From Deltaproteobacteria bacterium (lineage in GTDB: Bacteria > UBA10199 > JACPAL01 > GCA-016699445), in NCBI GenBank assembly GCA_016699445.1, contig CP064976.1, positions 2,222,619 to 2,286,618 of the forward strand: a DNA stretch of 64,000 nt, given 5' to 3'. Of the stretch, positions 48,645-58,841 are shown piece after piece. The notes beneath the pieces were generated by a model. The model did not search any database and was not told where the DNA came from. It saw only the letters and a list, made by a program, of their open reading frames with translations. Position 1 is the first letter of the stretch, and the number at the start of each line of letters is the position of its first letter. Both the position numbers and the translations under genes were made by a program.

Positions 48645-50269
48645 CTAAAGCCCAAGAGTTTTGAAAAAATCATTCCCCTTATCATCAATTAAGATAAAGG
48701 CGGGGAAATTTTTCACGTCGATTTTCCAGACCGCTTCCATGCCGAGCTCAGGAAAATCGAGACATTCGACTTTATTAATATTTTCTTCTGCAAGGACCGC
48801 TGCAGGGCCTCCGATCGATCCTAAGTAAAATCCGCCATATTTCTTGCAGGCATCAGTAACTTGTTGGCTGCGATTGCCTTTGGCAATCATGACCATGCTG
48901 GCACCTTTGCTCTGTAAAAGATCCACATAAGAATCCATGCGACCTGCCGTTGTGGGTCCAAACGAACCTGAAGCTTTACCTTTGGGTGTTTTAGCAGGAC
49001 CTGCATAGTAGATGGGGTATTTTAAAAGATAATCAGGAAGAGGTTTGCCGGCATCGATAATCTCTTTAAATTTCGCATGGGCAATATCACGACCTACGAC
49101 AATGGTTCCTGTGAGAAGGAGGGCTGTGGAGACGGGGTATTGTGAAAGTTGAGCCAGGATTTCCTTCATGGGACGATTGAGATCAATTTTAACACCGATT
49201 TCATTTTTGGTGCGGTATGAAGGAGGAATCAAGCGGCCTGGATTGCGATCCAATTCCTCAACGAAAAGTCCGTCACGAGTGATTTTAGCTTTGATATTTC
49301 GATCGGCAGAGCAAGATACTGCCATCCCAATGGGGCAGGAAGCTCCATGCCGTGGCAGACGGATTACACGCACATCATGAGCAAAATATTTTCCGCCAAA
49401 TTGAGCTCCGATACCGATATGAAAAGCTTCATTTAATAATTTTTTTCAAGCTCGACATCACGAAAGGCTTGGCCATGTTCGTTGCCTTGAGTGGGCAGTT
49501 CATCCAGATAATGAGTGCTGGCCAATTTGACTGTTTTTAAGCACGCATCAGCGCTCGTGCCGCCGATGACAAAAGCCATATGATAAGGTGGACATGCTGC
49601 AGTGCCCAAGGTTTTCATTTTTTCGACCAAAAATTTTACGAGTTTTTCAGGAGTCAAAAGCGCTTTGGTTTCCTGAAAGAGATAGGTTTTGTTGGCAGAA
49701 CCGCCACCCTTGGCTAAAAAGAGAAATTTGTAGCTATCCCCATCGACGGCTTGAATATCAATTTGAGCGGGAAGGTTGGTTCCTGTGTTGATCTCATCAT
49801 ACATATTGAGCGCAACAGTTTGTGAGTATCGTAAGTTTTCTTCCGTATACGTTTTGTAAATTCCCAATGAGAGAGCTTCTTCGTCTTTTCCACCCGTCCA
49901 GATATTTTGACCTTTTTTGGCGATCACATGGGCTGTGCCTGTATCTTGACAGGTAGGGAGGCTAAAGTTGGCAGAAATTTCGGCATTGCGCAAAAAAGCC
50001 AAAGCGACACCTTTGTCGTTTTCCGAAGCTTCGGGATCATTCAGAATTTTGGCGACTGATTCATTGTGCTCAGCGCGAAGCAGAAAAGAAACATCGCGCA
50101 TCGCTTCATGGGCAAGTTGTGTGAGTGCTTCAGGCTGGATGCAAACGACTTCTTTTCCATTAAAACTTTGAACACTCACTAAGTTTTCAGAGTCTTCAAT
50201 TTTTCGATAACGTGTCGAGTCGTTTTGAAGTGGATACGGATTTTGATAAACAAAAGGTTTAGTCGTCAT
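48645..50269 (-). CDS. fumA: Fumarate hydratase class I (Fe-S), frame-disrupted at an A7 run (~49415)
   Basis: N-part with CQDTGTA; C-part [25 protein letters not shown]...[31 protein letters not shown]; alternate frame across junction reads ..[28 protein letters not shown].. Confidence 0.85.
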
Positions 50270-50337
50270 AGAATAGTCTCCTGAGATTTAAGAGTTTGCT
50301 GAATAAGAAGCCCGGATTACTGCGTCAAGTGACAACG

Positions 50338-52269
50338 TCATTGAGGCTGATTAATTGATAACAGTGGTGACATCCCGATTAAAGCTCTCGCTGTTGTAAA
50401 AATAACTTCAATAACAGCTTCTGCTGAAGGTGGAGTGCTATTTTTCGACAAGTTGGAAAAAAAACTATAACCAGCTCTCAGTGAAAAATGAGAGTTATGT
50501 GTTCTCAAAAGGACGTCCAATAATAGTGGATCTAGAAAGAGCGTTTCAGGGAATTGCCCTGGGTGCTCAATATACCTAATGTTTTGTTTTCCAAGCCAAT
50601 CATATACTTTGTCGAGGCGATCTCTCTGTATGGGGCCTATGCTTTGGATCAAGGTTTGAAGCTCTTTTTTAAGAACCTCCAACCTTTCGGAATCCCCTCT
50701 TAAAAGTGATTGAACAAATTGGTCTCTTAAATTTTTGAGTTTAATGATGATATTCAGAAGCTCTTGGTCTTCTTTAGTAAGTTTTGGATGCGGCGTTACT
50801 TCATCAGGAAGTGGATCTTGTGGAGTTTGATAAAGTGGAGATAGTCGATTCCAGTTTGATTCATGGAGCTGTGCTTTAGCCTGTTGTTTCCAAGCTAGGA
50901 CAGCAGGTAGGTTCGCCCAAGGTGACCATGAAAGATGCGCTCCAAGTAAAGTGAGCAACGGAGAACCTTTCTTCAAGAAGGGTCTTTTGCTTAAAAGTGC
51001 AATCAAGAGTGCCGGGTGTTGATCTTTTTCAATGATTTTTGAAATTATAGAAGCCGCGTAAGCTGCTTGATCTGTAAAAGAGGGTGGGGGTAAGCCCAAT
51101 GCTTCTGCTACTTTTTCCCATTGGGAGGTTTCTTGAGATAACTCCATCATGGACAGTATTAATTCTATGCAAATCAGACTTCTTTTTTCTTCTAAAACTT
51201 CTTCAAACCTATGCAGAAGAATAGAATGATAAATGTTCGTAATCCGTTCCCGTAGTCGTTTGATTTTATTACCTATGAAATGTTCAGAGCCATCCCTGCT
51301 TTTTTTTGTAAGTTGGGCCACTCTCAAAGAGTCCTTCTGATAATGACTGATAACTTCGCGGGTCCAAATAGCATAATCATTAGCTGTGGTAGATGCAGGT
51401 CTTGTAGCAGGATCTATAGTTATTAAGGGATCTTGATATCCATAAACATAAGGCCTTTCACTCCAGTTTGAATAGGAAGGTTGGAGATGCGTAAAGGGTA
51501 GAGGCGGGTTTGTAGCCTTCACTTCATCCGCATGAGGATAAGGATCGATAAAGCCAAAAAGAAGATAGAGAAATTTCGAATTGCTGTAGAGCTTATCTTT
51601 TAAAATATTAGGAATAGCTGTCCAAGCTTCTTGTAGGCGTCGACATAAATAATCAATAAGTGGGAAATTTTTTTCGGAGGCTTGCATGAGAATCTCTAGT
51701 ATCTCTAAAAGAGTTTCTAAACTTTTGTAAGAACAAGTATCCGGAGAAAGCAGATTTTCGATCCAAGTAATTGTTGCTGTAAAAGGGAGACTTTCTGATC
51801 TTGGAGGTTTCGATTCTTCATATTCTCCACACCATTGATTAGAGAATGTTCGCATTTCTTCTAAAACTTCTGGCAGAGAAAACCCTCGGGTGTACCAATC
51901 TCTCAACAAGGCATAAGGTTCCATTTCAATGACTTCAGGATTTCCAGTGAGCTGAGTCGGCCACAAAGGATCTTGTTGAGCCAAAAAGTTTATTCCTGAT
52001 GTACGAATTTGCTCAGCAGTGAGACTATTTGAGACCCAAATCTCAAATGAATCCGGTAATCTTTCATCTGAAGGTTTTAGACGGGGTGCTAATAACGCAC
52101 CAGCTCCTCCTAAAACAACTACAGCCACCAAACTAAGAAGAGGTGGTACTTGAGAAGTCGATAAAACGTCCTCCCCCTGTGAAGCTGGCTGTAAGTGAGC
52201 ATCAGCTGCAGGTGCAGAAGGAAAAACAGTTGCAGTCGGAGAACCTGTGATAACAAAAGGCGGTGGCAT
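50338..52269 (-). CDS. Hypothetical protein, 643 aa, single N-proximal hydrophobic helix; polar uncharged N-terminus
   Basis: MPPPFVITGSPTATVFPSAPA.. then LLSLVAVVVLGGAGALLA helix; no recognised domain. Confidence 0.55.
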   Translation of the reverse strand: MPPPFVITGSPTATVFPSAPAADAHLQPASQGEDVLSTSQVPPLLSLVAVVVLGGAGALLAPRLKPSDERLPDSFEIWVSNSLTAEQIRTSGINFLAQQDPLWPTQLTGNPEVIEMEPYALLRDWYTRGFSLPEVLEEMRTFSNQWCGEYEESKPPRSESLPFTATITWIENLLSPDTCSYKSLETLLEILEILMQASEKNFPLIDYLCRRLQEAWTAIPNILKDKLYSNSKFLYLLFGFIDPYPHADEVKATNPPLPFTHLQPSYSNWSERPYVYGYQDPLITIDPATRPASTTANDYAIWTREVISHYQKDSLRVAQLTKKSRDGSEHFIGNKIKRLRERITNIYHSILLHRFEEVLEEKRSLICIELILSMMELSQETSQWEKVAEALGLPPPSFTDQAAYAASIISKIIEKDQHPALLIALLSKRPFLKKGSPLLTLLGAHLSWSPWANLPAVLAWKQQAKAQLHESNWNRLSPLYQTPQDPLPDEVTPHPKLTKEDQELLNIIIKLKNLRDQFVQSLLRGDSERLEVLKKELQTLIQSIGPIQRDRLDKVYDWLGKQNIRYIEHPGQFPETLFLDPLLLDVLLRTHNSHFSLRAGYSFFSNLSKNSTPPSAEAVIEVIFTTARALIGMSPLLSINQPQ

Positions 52270-52418
52270 ATAGAGACTTATTCGGAAGATGAAAAAGTAA
52301 GTTGCGATTTTTCATCAGTCTTTATTTTGCTTTCATAAAAATCCGCAACTTTTGATGCTTGTTTGCCGATGACTAAGAATCATTAAAAAGATTTATTTGC
52401 CGTAACGCGTCAATTTCT

Positions 52419-53408
52419 ATGAGTTTTTGTCATGACTCTCGGGTTGACATAATCAGAGGGCGCAGGGTAACACCGCGCAAATTTTTTGTGAAAATAAACA
52501 AACTCAAAATCGTTTCTCTCTTATTGGTCCAGATTTTTCTGGCCTCATCTTGTAGTCTCTCCAAAATCGCATCGGACATGACTTCTGATATTTTTAAGGG
52601 TGGTGTTCCATCCTTTGAAATGGAAGGAGATGTCGAAGTGGCTGAAAATGCCGGCTTGGCGATGATCAAGACTTTGGAAATTTTTAATTACCAAAATCCT
52701 TCCAACAAAACCTATCTGGCTCTTCTCTCTCGTTCTTATGCTACGTATGCTTTTGGATTTTTGGAAAACCGCATGTTGCAGTATCAATATAAAGATCAGG
52801 AAAAATATAATCTCTATTTTAACCGAGCCAAACGTTTTTACACTATTGGTAAAAAATACGGGATGGATCTCTTGCAACGTTCTGACAAAAAGTTGGTCAA
52901 AGCTTTGGGGCAGGGTGTGGATGCCACGCGGGCTCGTATGAAGTCTTATGATCATCAAGAAGTGGAGCCGGTGTTTTGGACAGCTTTTAACTGGGGAAGT
53001 CTCATTAATCTTTCTAAAGATGATATCTCCGTTGTGGCTGATTTGGCTCTGGTGGAAGTGATGATGGCGCGCATTTTGGAAGTGCACCCCACATTTTATT
53101 TTGCCGGCCCACATCTTTTTTATGGTGTTTATTATGCGAGCCGTCCCGCAATGCTTGGGGGAAGTCCTGAAAAAGCTAAAAACCATTTTGAAGAAGCCGC
53201 TCGCTTAAACGGTGATAGGTCGTTGATTGTGTATGCTTTGGAAGCTCAGTTTTTAGCGGTACAGACAATGGATAAGACTTTGTTTGACGAATTGCTGGAA
53301 AAAATTAATGCAGGATCGATCGATGCTTTGCCAGAACAGAGACTCGCAAACTCACTGGCGAAAGATCGAGCGAAGTATTTGAAGGAAAATTCGAATCAGT
53401 ATTTTTAA
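52419..53408 (+). CDS. TRAP-transporter-associated TPR-like lipoprotein (TatT family); start probably internal
   Basis: Internal signal/lipobox IVSLLLVQIFLASSC; TPR-like helical protein immediately upstream of a DctP-type binding protein. Confidence 0.6.
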   Translation: MSFCHDSRVDIIRGRRVTPRKFFVKINKLKIVSLLLVQIFLASSCSLSKIASDMTSDIFKGGVPSFEMEGDVEVAENAGLAMIKTLEIFNYQNPSNKTYLALLSRSYATYAFGFLENRMLQYQYKDQEKYNLYFNRAKRFYTIGKKYGMDLLQRSDKKLVKALGQGVDATRARMKSYDHQEVEPVFWTAFNWGSLINLSKDDISVVADLALVEVMMARILEVHPTFYFAGPHLFYGVYYASRPAMLGGSPEKAKNHFEEAARLNGDRSLIVYALEAQFLAVQTMDKTLFDELLEKINAGSIDALPEQRLANSLAKDRAKYLKENSNQYF

Positions 53409-53426
53409 ATACAAAAGGGAGGTTGT

Positions 53427-54434
53427 ATGAATAAAGGTTTTTCTAAGATCGTCGCGGGTCTTGTGATGAGTCTCGCTGTTCTAGCAGGTTCAGCCGTTCA
53501 AGCTCAGCAGGCTTCTAATATCAAAGAATTGAAGTTTGCCACTTTAGCTCCCAGCGGATCGTCATGGGATAAGCTTTTTGTCGCGTGGAAAGATGAAGTG
53601 ATTCAACGCACGAATGGTCAAGTGGTTCCTAAGATTTATGCTGGTGGTGTTCAAGGTGATGAGAAAGCTGTTGTTCAAAAAATCCGCAGTGGTCAATTGG
53701 TCGGTGGTGGTTTGACGGGTTTTGGTTTAGGAATGATTGCTCCTTCCGTTAGAGCTTTAGAGCTCCCTTTTTTATTTAAAGATGGTGCTGAAGTCGATAC
53801 CGCTATTCAAAAAGTAGATACTTCCATGCGCGCGGCTTTTAATAATGGCAATCCTCAAGTGGAATTGTTGGGTTGGGCTGAAGCTGGTTTTGTTTACATC
53901 ATGTCCAATAAGCCAATTGCTAAGCTTGATGACATGAAGGGTGTGAAGATGTGGATGTGGGAAGGGGATCCTGTAGCCGAAGCCCTGTACTCTTCACTCA
54001 ATGTGACTCCTGTTCAGCTTTCTATCGCTGACGTTTTAACGTCACTTCAAACCAGCATGATTGAAGCTGTGTATGCGCCTCCCATGGGTGCTGTGGCTCT
54101 TCAATGGGCGTCTAAAGTCAAATATGTGACAGATCTTCCTTTGGCTAATTCCATTGGTGGTTTGGTGATGAGTAAAGCTGAATTTTCTAAGCTGACTCCG
54201 GAACAACAGAAAATCTTAAAAGAAGTTTCGCAAAAATATTGTCGTCAAATTGTGGAACAAACACGAAAAGATAATGCAGCAGCTTTTGACTCCCTTGTGA
54301 AGTTGGGTGTTCAAAAGGTTTCTGTAGCTGATGCAGATAAACAAGCTTTGGTTAATTTGACTGTAGGTGTGGGTGATAAGCTTGTGGGTAAACTTTATGA
54401 TCAAGCCACTCTATCGAGTGTGCGCGGGAAATAA
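53427..54434 (+). CDS. TRAP transporter substrate-binding protein (DctP family)
   Basis: Signal peptide then DctP-family periplasmic binding fold, 335 aa. Confidence 0.85.
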   Translation: MNKGFSKIVAGLVMSLAVLAGSAVQAQQASNIKELKFATLAPSGSSWDKLFVAWKDEVIQRTNGQVVPKIYAGGVQGDEKAVVQKIRSGQLVGGGLTGFGLGMIAPSVRALELPFLFKDGAEVDTAIQKVDTSMRAAFNNGNPQVELLGWAEAGFVYIMSNKPIAKLDDMKGVKMWMWEGDPVAEALYSSLNVTPVQLSIADVLTSLQTSMIEAVYAPPMGAVALQWASKVKYVTDLPLANSIGGLVMSKAEFSKLTPEQQKILKEVSQKYCRQIVEQTRKDNAAAFDSLVKLGVQKVSVADADKQALVNLTVGVGDKLVGKLYDQATLSSVRGK

Positions 54435-54436
54435 TC

Positions 54437-54934
54437 ATGAAGCAACAATTGAATAACTTGAATGAACTGATTGGCAAGATCGAGACGTTTTTTGTCTCGA
54501 TCTTGCTGTCTGTGATGATCGTTTTAGCATTTCTCCAAGTAGTGATGCGCAATGTTTTTAATGAAGGCATTCCTTGGGCTGATAGTGTGGTGCGTTTGAT
54601 GGTGCTGTGGGTGGGATTGTTTGGTGGTTGTTTGGCAACCAAACTGGAACAAAATATCACAATAGAAGTGATGACCAAATACATGCCAGAGCGTGGTAAA
54701 CATTTGGTAGGTGTTTTGGTGAAGAGCTTTGCTGTGATTGTTTGTTTGTATCTTTTTAAAGCCTCTTTAACCTTTATTCAGAATGAAAGTAGTTCTGGAA
54801 GTGAGTTTTTACATCTCTTCCCTGATTGGTGGACTGTCACTATTATCCCTATCGCTTTTATTCTGATCCCTTTTCACTTGTCCTTTAGTATTGTGAAAGA
54901 TGCTCAGTATTTTCTGAAAGGAAAGAAATCGTGA
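54437..54934 (+). CDS. TRAP transporter small permease (DctQ)
   Basis: 165 aa, four hydrophobic helices, positioned between DctP and DctM. Confidence 0.75.
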   Translation: MKQQLNNLNELIGKIETFFVSILLSVMIVLAFLQVVMRNVFNEGIPWADSVVRLMVLWVGLFGGCLATKLEQNITIEVMTKYMPERGKHLVGVLVKSFAVIVCLYLFKASLTFIQNESSSGSEFLHLFPDWWTVTIIPIAFILIPFHLSFSIVKDAQYFLKGKKS

Positions 54935-56203
54935 CAACTCTCTTGGTGGTTTTGATTGTTTTAGCGGCAGCTTTTGGGGCTCCGCTTTTTTCCATTTTTG
55001 GGGCAGGTTCTTTAGTGGGTTTTATCAATGCAGACATCAATCCGTCGGCGATTATTATTCAAATGACACAATTGGTTTCAGCGCCAGCGCTAGTGGCTAT
55101 TCCTCTTTTTACTTTTGCCGGCTACATGATGGCAGAAAGTAAAATGCCAGAGCGTTTGGTGAATGTTTCTCAAACTCTCTTAGGTTGGATGCCGGGTGGT
55201 TTGGCATTTGTCACTCTCTTTGCTTGCTCTTTTTTTACAGCGTTTACTGGTGCTTCAGGTGTGACAATTATTGCTTTGGGAGGACTTCTCTATCCTATCC
55301 TTGTTAAACGAGGTTATCCTGAACACTTTTCATTAGGAATGATGACCTGTTGTGGAAGTTTGGGGCTGCTGTTTCCACCGAGCTTGCCTATCATTCTTTA
55401 TGGGATGGTGGCAGGAGTGGATGTTGATAAGCTCTTTATGGCAGGTCTTGTTCCAGGGATTTTGTTGATTGTCATGATTGCAGCTTACTCACTTTATATT
55501 GGGCGTGGTCATGCCATGAGAGTGCCTTTCAAGTTGAATGCTACACTCAAAGCTTTGAAAGCTGCAGGTTGGGAAATTCCTTTGCCATTTTTAGTTTTGA
55601 TTGGCGTCTATGGTGGATATACGACCGCTTCAGAAGCGGCAGCAGTCTGTGCAGCCTATGTTTTTATTGTCGAAGTTTTCATTTATAAAGATCTAAGTCT
55701 GACTAAAGATGTTCCCCGTGTGATGAAGGATAGTATGGTTTTGGTGGGGGGGATTTTGGTGATTGTGGCTGTGGCCTTGGGTTTTACCAATTATGTGATC
55801 GATCAAGAAGTGCCGATGAAGCTTTTTGCTCTTACGAAGAAGTATATCTCAAGTCCCTACATGTTCATGACGATTTTAGATCTCTTCCTTTTAATTGTGG
55901 GTTGTTTGATCGATATTTTTTTCAGCTATTTTGGTTATTGTTTCAATTATTGTTCCGGTGGCGATGGGGTATCATATTGACCCTGTTCATTTAGGAATTG
56001 TCTTTTTGGCCAATATGGAAATCGGTTATTTGACGCCTCCTTTTGGTCTAAACCTTTTCTTGGCTGGGTATCGTTTTAAAAAGCCTGTGGCGAAAGTGTT
56101 TGTGGATTCTTTGCCTTTTATTATTATTTTGCTGACAGGGCTGGCCTTACTCACTTATTTCCCCATTATCAGTACCTATTTAGTAAATAAGATTTATCAT
56201 TAA
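54931..56203 (+). CDS. TRAP transporter large permease (DctM), frame-disrupted at a T7 run (~55920)
   Basis: ORFs 54931..55980 and 55931..56203 overlap; T8 instead of T7 gives continuous ..LIDIFFSAILVIVSIIVPVAMGYHIDPVHLGIVF..GYLTPPFGLNLF. Confidence 0.8.
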
Positions 56204-56228
56204 CCTCAAAAAATCAGGAGCGAAGATT

Positions 56229-57404
56229 ATGACAGAAACAGTCATCGTGAGTGCTACACGTACAGCCATTGGTTCTTTTCAAGGAGCTTTGGCCGAAGTG
56301 GGAGCGACAAAGTTGGGAAGTATTGCCATTGCCGAAGCTTTAAAAAGAGCTGGTTTAAGTGGTGAAGATGTCAATGAAGTGATTATGGGCAATGTATTGA
56401 CCTCAGGAATTGGTCAAGCTCCAGCCCGCCAAGCAACTCTCTATGCAGGATTGCCTCAGGGAACTCCCGCGCTGACGATTGGAAAAGTTTGCGGATCTGG
56501 ATTGAAGGCTGTGATGTTGGCCGATCAAATCATTCGTTCAGGAGATTCTGAAGTGATCATCGCGGGTGGTATGGAGAATATGTCTCAATCTCCGTATTTG
56601 CTGCCTAAAGCGCGTAATGGCTATCGCATGGGCCACGGCGAGATTATTGATAGTATGATCAAGGATGGTTTGTGGGACGTGTACAATAATTTCCACATGG
56701 GTACGGCGACGGAGATGTGTGCGAAGAAGTATGAAATCAGCCGTGAAGATCAGGATAAGTTTGCCGCTTTAAGTTATACACGCGCTCAAAAATCAGTCAC
56801 CGATGGTGTTTTCCAAAAAGAAATTGTTCCTGTTTCAATTGAATCCAAAAAGGGCACGGTGATTTTTGATAAGGACGAAGAGCCTTTCAAGGGTAATATT
56901 GAAAAGCTCGCCACCTTGCGTCCTGCTTTTGATAAAGCGGGTACTGTGACGGCTGGAAATGCTTCGGGTATCAATGATGGTGCAGCAGCTTTTGTTTTGA
57001 TGAGTGCCGAAGCCGCGAAGAAGAAGGGGTTGAAACCTTTGGCTCGTATTATCGGACAAGCTCAAGCGTCTTTGGATCCAGCTTGGTTCAGTATGGGTCC
57101 TGCTGAAGCTATTAAGAAAAATTTGGCGAAGTTGAATTTAAAAACTTCTGATATCGATTTGTGGGAAATCAATGAAGCTTTTGCAGCTGTCGCGATTGCT
57201 AATAACAAAGTCTTGGGTCTTTCAGAAGATCGCGTGAATATCCGCGGTGGTGCTGTGGCTTTGGGTCATCCAATCGGAGCCTCAGGCGCTCGCGTATTAG
57301 TGACTTTGGTTCATGCGCTTTTAGAAACTAACGCCAAGAGAGGTTTGGCTTCTCTGTGTATTGGTGGTGGTGAAGGTGTATCGTTGGTGATCGAAAGATT
57401 ATAG
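56229..57404 (+). CDS. Acetyl-CoA C-acetyltransferase (thiolase II)
   Basis: 391 aa; active-site Cys region [10 protein letters not shown]-terminal [13 protein letters not shown]. Confidence 0.9.
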   Translation: MTETVIVSATRTAIGSFQGALAEVGATKLGSIAIAEALKRAGLSGEDVNEVIMGNVLTSGIGQAPARQATLYAGLPQGTPALTIGKVCGSGLKAVMLADQIIRSGDSEVIIAGGMENMSQSPYLLPKARNGYRMGHGEIIDSMIKDGLWDVYNNFHMGTATEMCAKKYEISREDQDKFAALSYTRAQKSVTDGVFQKEIVPVSIESKKGTVIFDKDEEPFKGNIEKLATLRPAFDKAGTVTAGNASGINDGAAAFVLMSAEAAKKKGLKPLARIIGQAQASLDPAWFSMGPAEAIKKNLAKLNLKTSDIDLWEINEAFAAVAIANNKVLGLSEDRVNIRGGAVALGHPIGASGARVLVTLVHALLETNAKRGLASLCIGGGEGVSLVIERL

Positions 57405-57409
57405 AAATT

Positions 57410-57491
57410 GTAGGGGCGCCATTCATGGCGCCCCTTTATTTACTGCGATAAATTAGGGCGTGATGAACACGCCCCTACCGTGGGGGTAGGG
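57410..57491. repeat. Three tandem GC-rich hairpins related to the 28-bp palindrome
   Basis: GTAGGGGCGCCATTCATGGCGCCCCT; AGGGCGTG-ATGAAC-ACGCCC; CCCTACC-GTGG-GGGTAGGG; directly 3' of thiolase stop. Confidence 0.6.
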
Positions 57492-58259
57492 TATGAAAGA
57501 TGCTCTTTTAGCTATTATTGTTGGGCTTTATTGGGAGTCATGGTTTGCTTTGGTGCGTTGCAGTTGAGAAGCGACAAAGACAAAACCACTTCTCTTATTC
57601 CTGTTTCAAAAAACTCTTCAGAGACAACAAAAACAATTTCAGCTTCTGCTAGTAGTTTTGTGATGGCAAAGCCAGACGTAGCTATTTTAAGTATGGGTAT
57701 TGAAAGTCGAGGCCCAAAGTTGGAAGCTCTACTAGCTGAAGTAAACCAAAAAAACTCACTTCTGATGCAAAAAATAAAAGAGAGTGGTGTTGCAGAAAGA
57801 GATATTCAATCTAATCTATCGACATATCCTCAGTACAGTAATGGTGGTAAAGGTATTCCTCCTAAAATCATCGGTTATGAAGTGAGAAATAAGATTGTTC
57901 TTAAAATAAGAAGTCTTTCAAAAGTAGGTGAGACTCTTGATCTTGTCATTTCTGGGGGTATTAATTCTTTAGATAATATTCAGTGGGTGATTGAAGATGA
58001 TGAAAAATATAAATCTCAAGCACGGTCAGCTGCTGTACGTTTAGTTATGAATAAAATTAAAGGAATGTCGGATGCCGCTGATGTTAAAATTGGAGATATC
58101 GTTTCCCTTCATGAAGATTTTAGCTCTCAAGAAGATCCAAGTGACAACATCACTCTTAATAAAATGTCTGCATCATCTGGATTAGCGCAGGGTGCTGTTT
58201 CTGAAAGTGGAATGATTAAAGTGTCTGCGCAAGTTTCAGTGAATGTCGAGATTCAGTAG
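57480..58259 (+). CDS. SIMPL-domain (DUF541) periplasmic protein; N-terminus possibly frame-disrupted
   Basis: Body matches SIMPL pattern; ATG 57493 in frame +1 encodes signal-like MKDALLAIIVGL.. that would join the main frame with a 1-nt indel. Confidence 0.6.
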   Translation: MGVGYERCSFSYYCWALLGVMVCFGALQLRSDKDKTTSLIPVSKNSSETTKTISASASSFVMAKPDVAILSMGIESRGPKLEALLAEVNQKNSLLMQKIKESGVAERDIQSNLSTYPQYSNGGKGIPPKIIGYEVRNKIVLKIRSLSKVGETLDLVISGGINSLDNIQWVIEDDEKYKSQARSAAVRLVMNKIKGMSDAADVKIGDIVSLHEDFSSQEDPSDNITLNKMSASSGLAQGAVSESGMIKVSAQVSVNVEIQ

Positions 58260-58841
58260 TTATTTTAAACAACACTTCTTGTATTTTTTCCCACTGCCGC
58301 AAGGACAAGGATCATTACGGCCCGTCTGATTTTCGTTGATAATAGGCTGAGGTGCTGTGGGAAGGACAGGGGCTTTTTTGAAATATTCTTTCATGTCATC
58401 TTTGGACATGGCGATGACTCTGTCTTTTTCTGATTCAGAAATGGATTGTTGCCACCAGTTGATTCCGGGTCTCATGATTTCCGCAAGGCCTTCCATGTTT
58501 TTGGGAATCTTTTTGCCGGTTTCTTCTTTGTAACGTTCCAAAATAATTTTAGCTAAAATCTCCTGAGCTTTATTGGTTTTCTCATGCTTGTCTTTAGCTT
58601 CTTTGGTGGAAATTTTACGACGCTCCGCAATATCTTTGATGGTGCAATCATAACACATAATGATCGCAACTGGATTTTGTTGAGTGGGTGTCGTGGTTGA
58701 ACCAAACTTGCCTTTGTTGTTACAGACTCCGCAAATACAGCGGCCCCATTTGAGAATTTCACCTTTGATTGATGCTTGTTGCTGGACGATTTTTTGTTGT
58801 TGCATGCGGGCGTAACAAACAGGAATTTTTATAAGGGTCAA
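58260..58841 (-). CDS. SEC-C-motif protein with N-terminal Cys-rich region
   Basis: C-terminal [20 protein letters not shown]; N-terminal CxxC-type clusters ([12 protein letters not shown]). Confidence 0.55.
   Translation of the reverse strand: MTLIKIPVCYARMQQQKIVQQQASIKGEILKWGRCICGVCNNKGKFGSTTTPTQQNPVAIIMCYDCTIKDIAERRKISTKEAKDKHEKTNKAQEILAKIILERYKEETGKKIPKNMEGLAEIMRPGINWWQQSISESEKDRVIAMSKDDMKEYFKKAPVLPTAPQPIINENQTGRNDPCPCGSGKKYKKCCLK

Noticed and set aside
48645-50269. Fumarase encoded as genuine separate alpha and beta subunit genes
   Set aside because: The split falls inside the conserved linker; 20 codons that match the single-chain class I enzyme (..[23 protein letters not shown]..) are readable in a third frame across the gap, indicating one gene with a 1-nt indel
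52430-53186. Minus-strand ORFs (52430..52669, 52545..53186) overlapping the TatT-like gene
   Set aside because: Opposite-strand ORFs fully inside a gene that has clear operon context with the TRAP transporter
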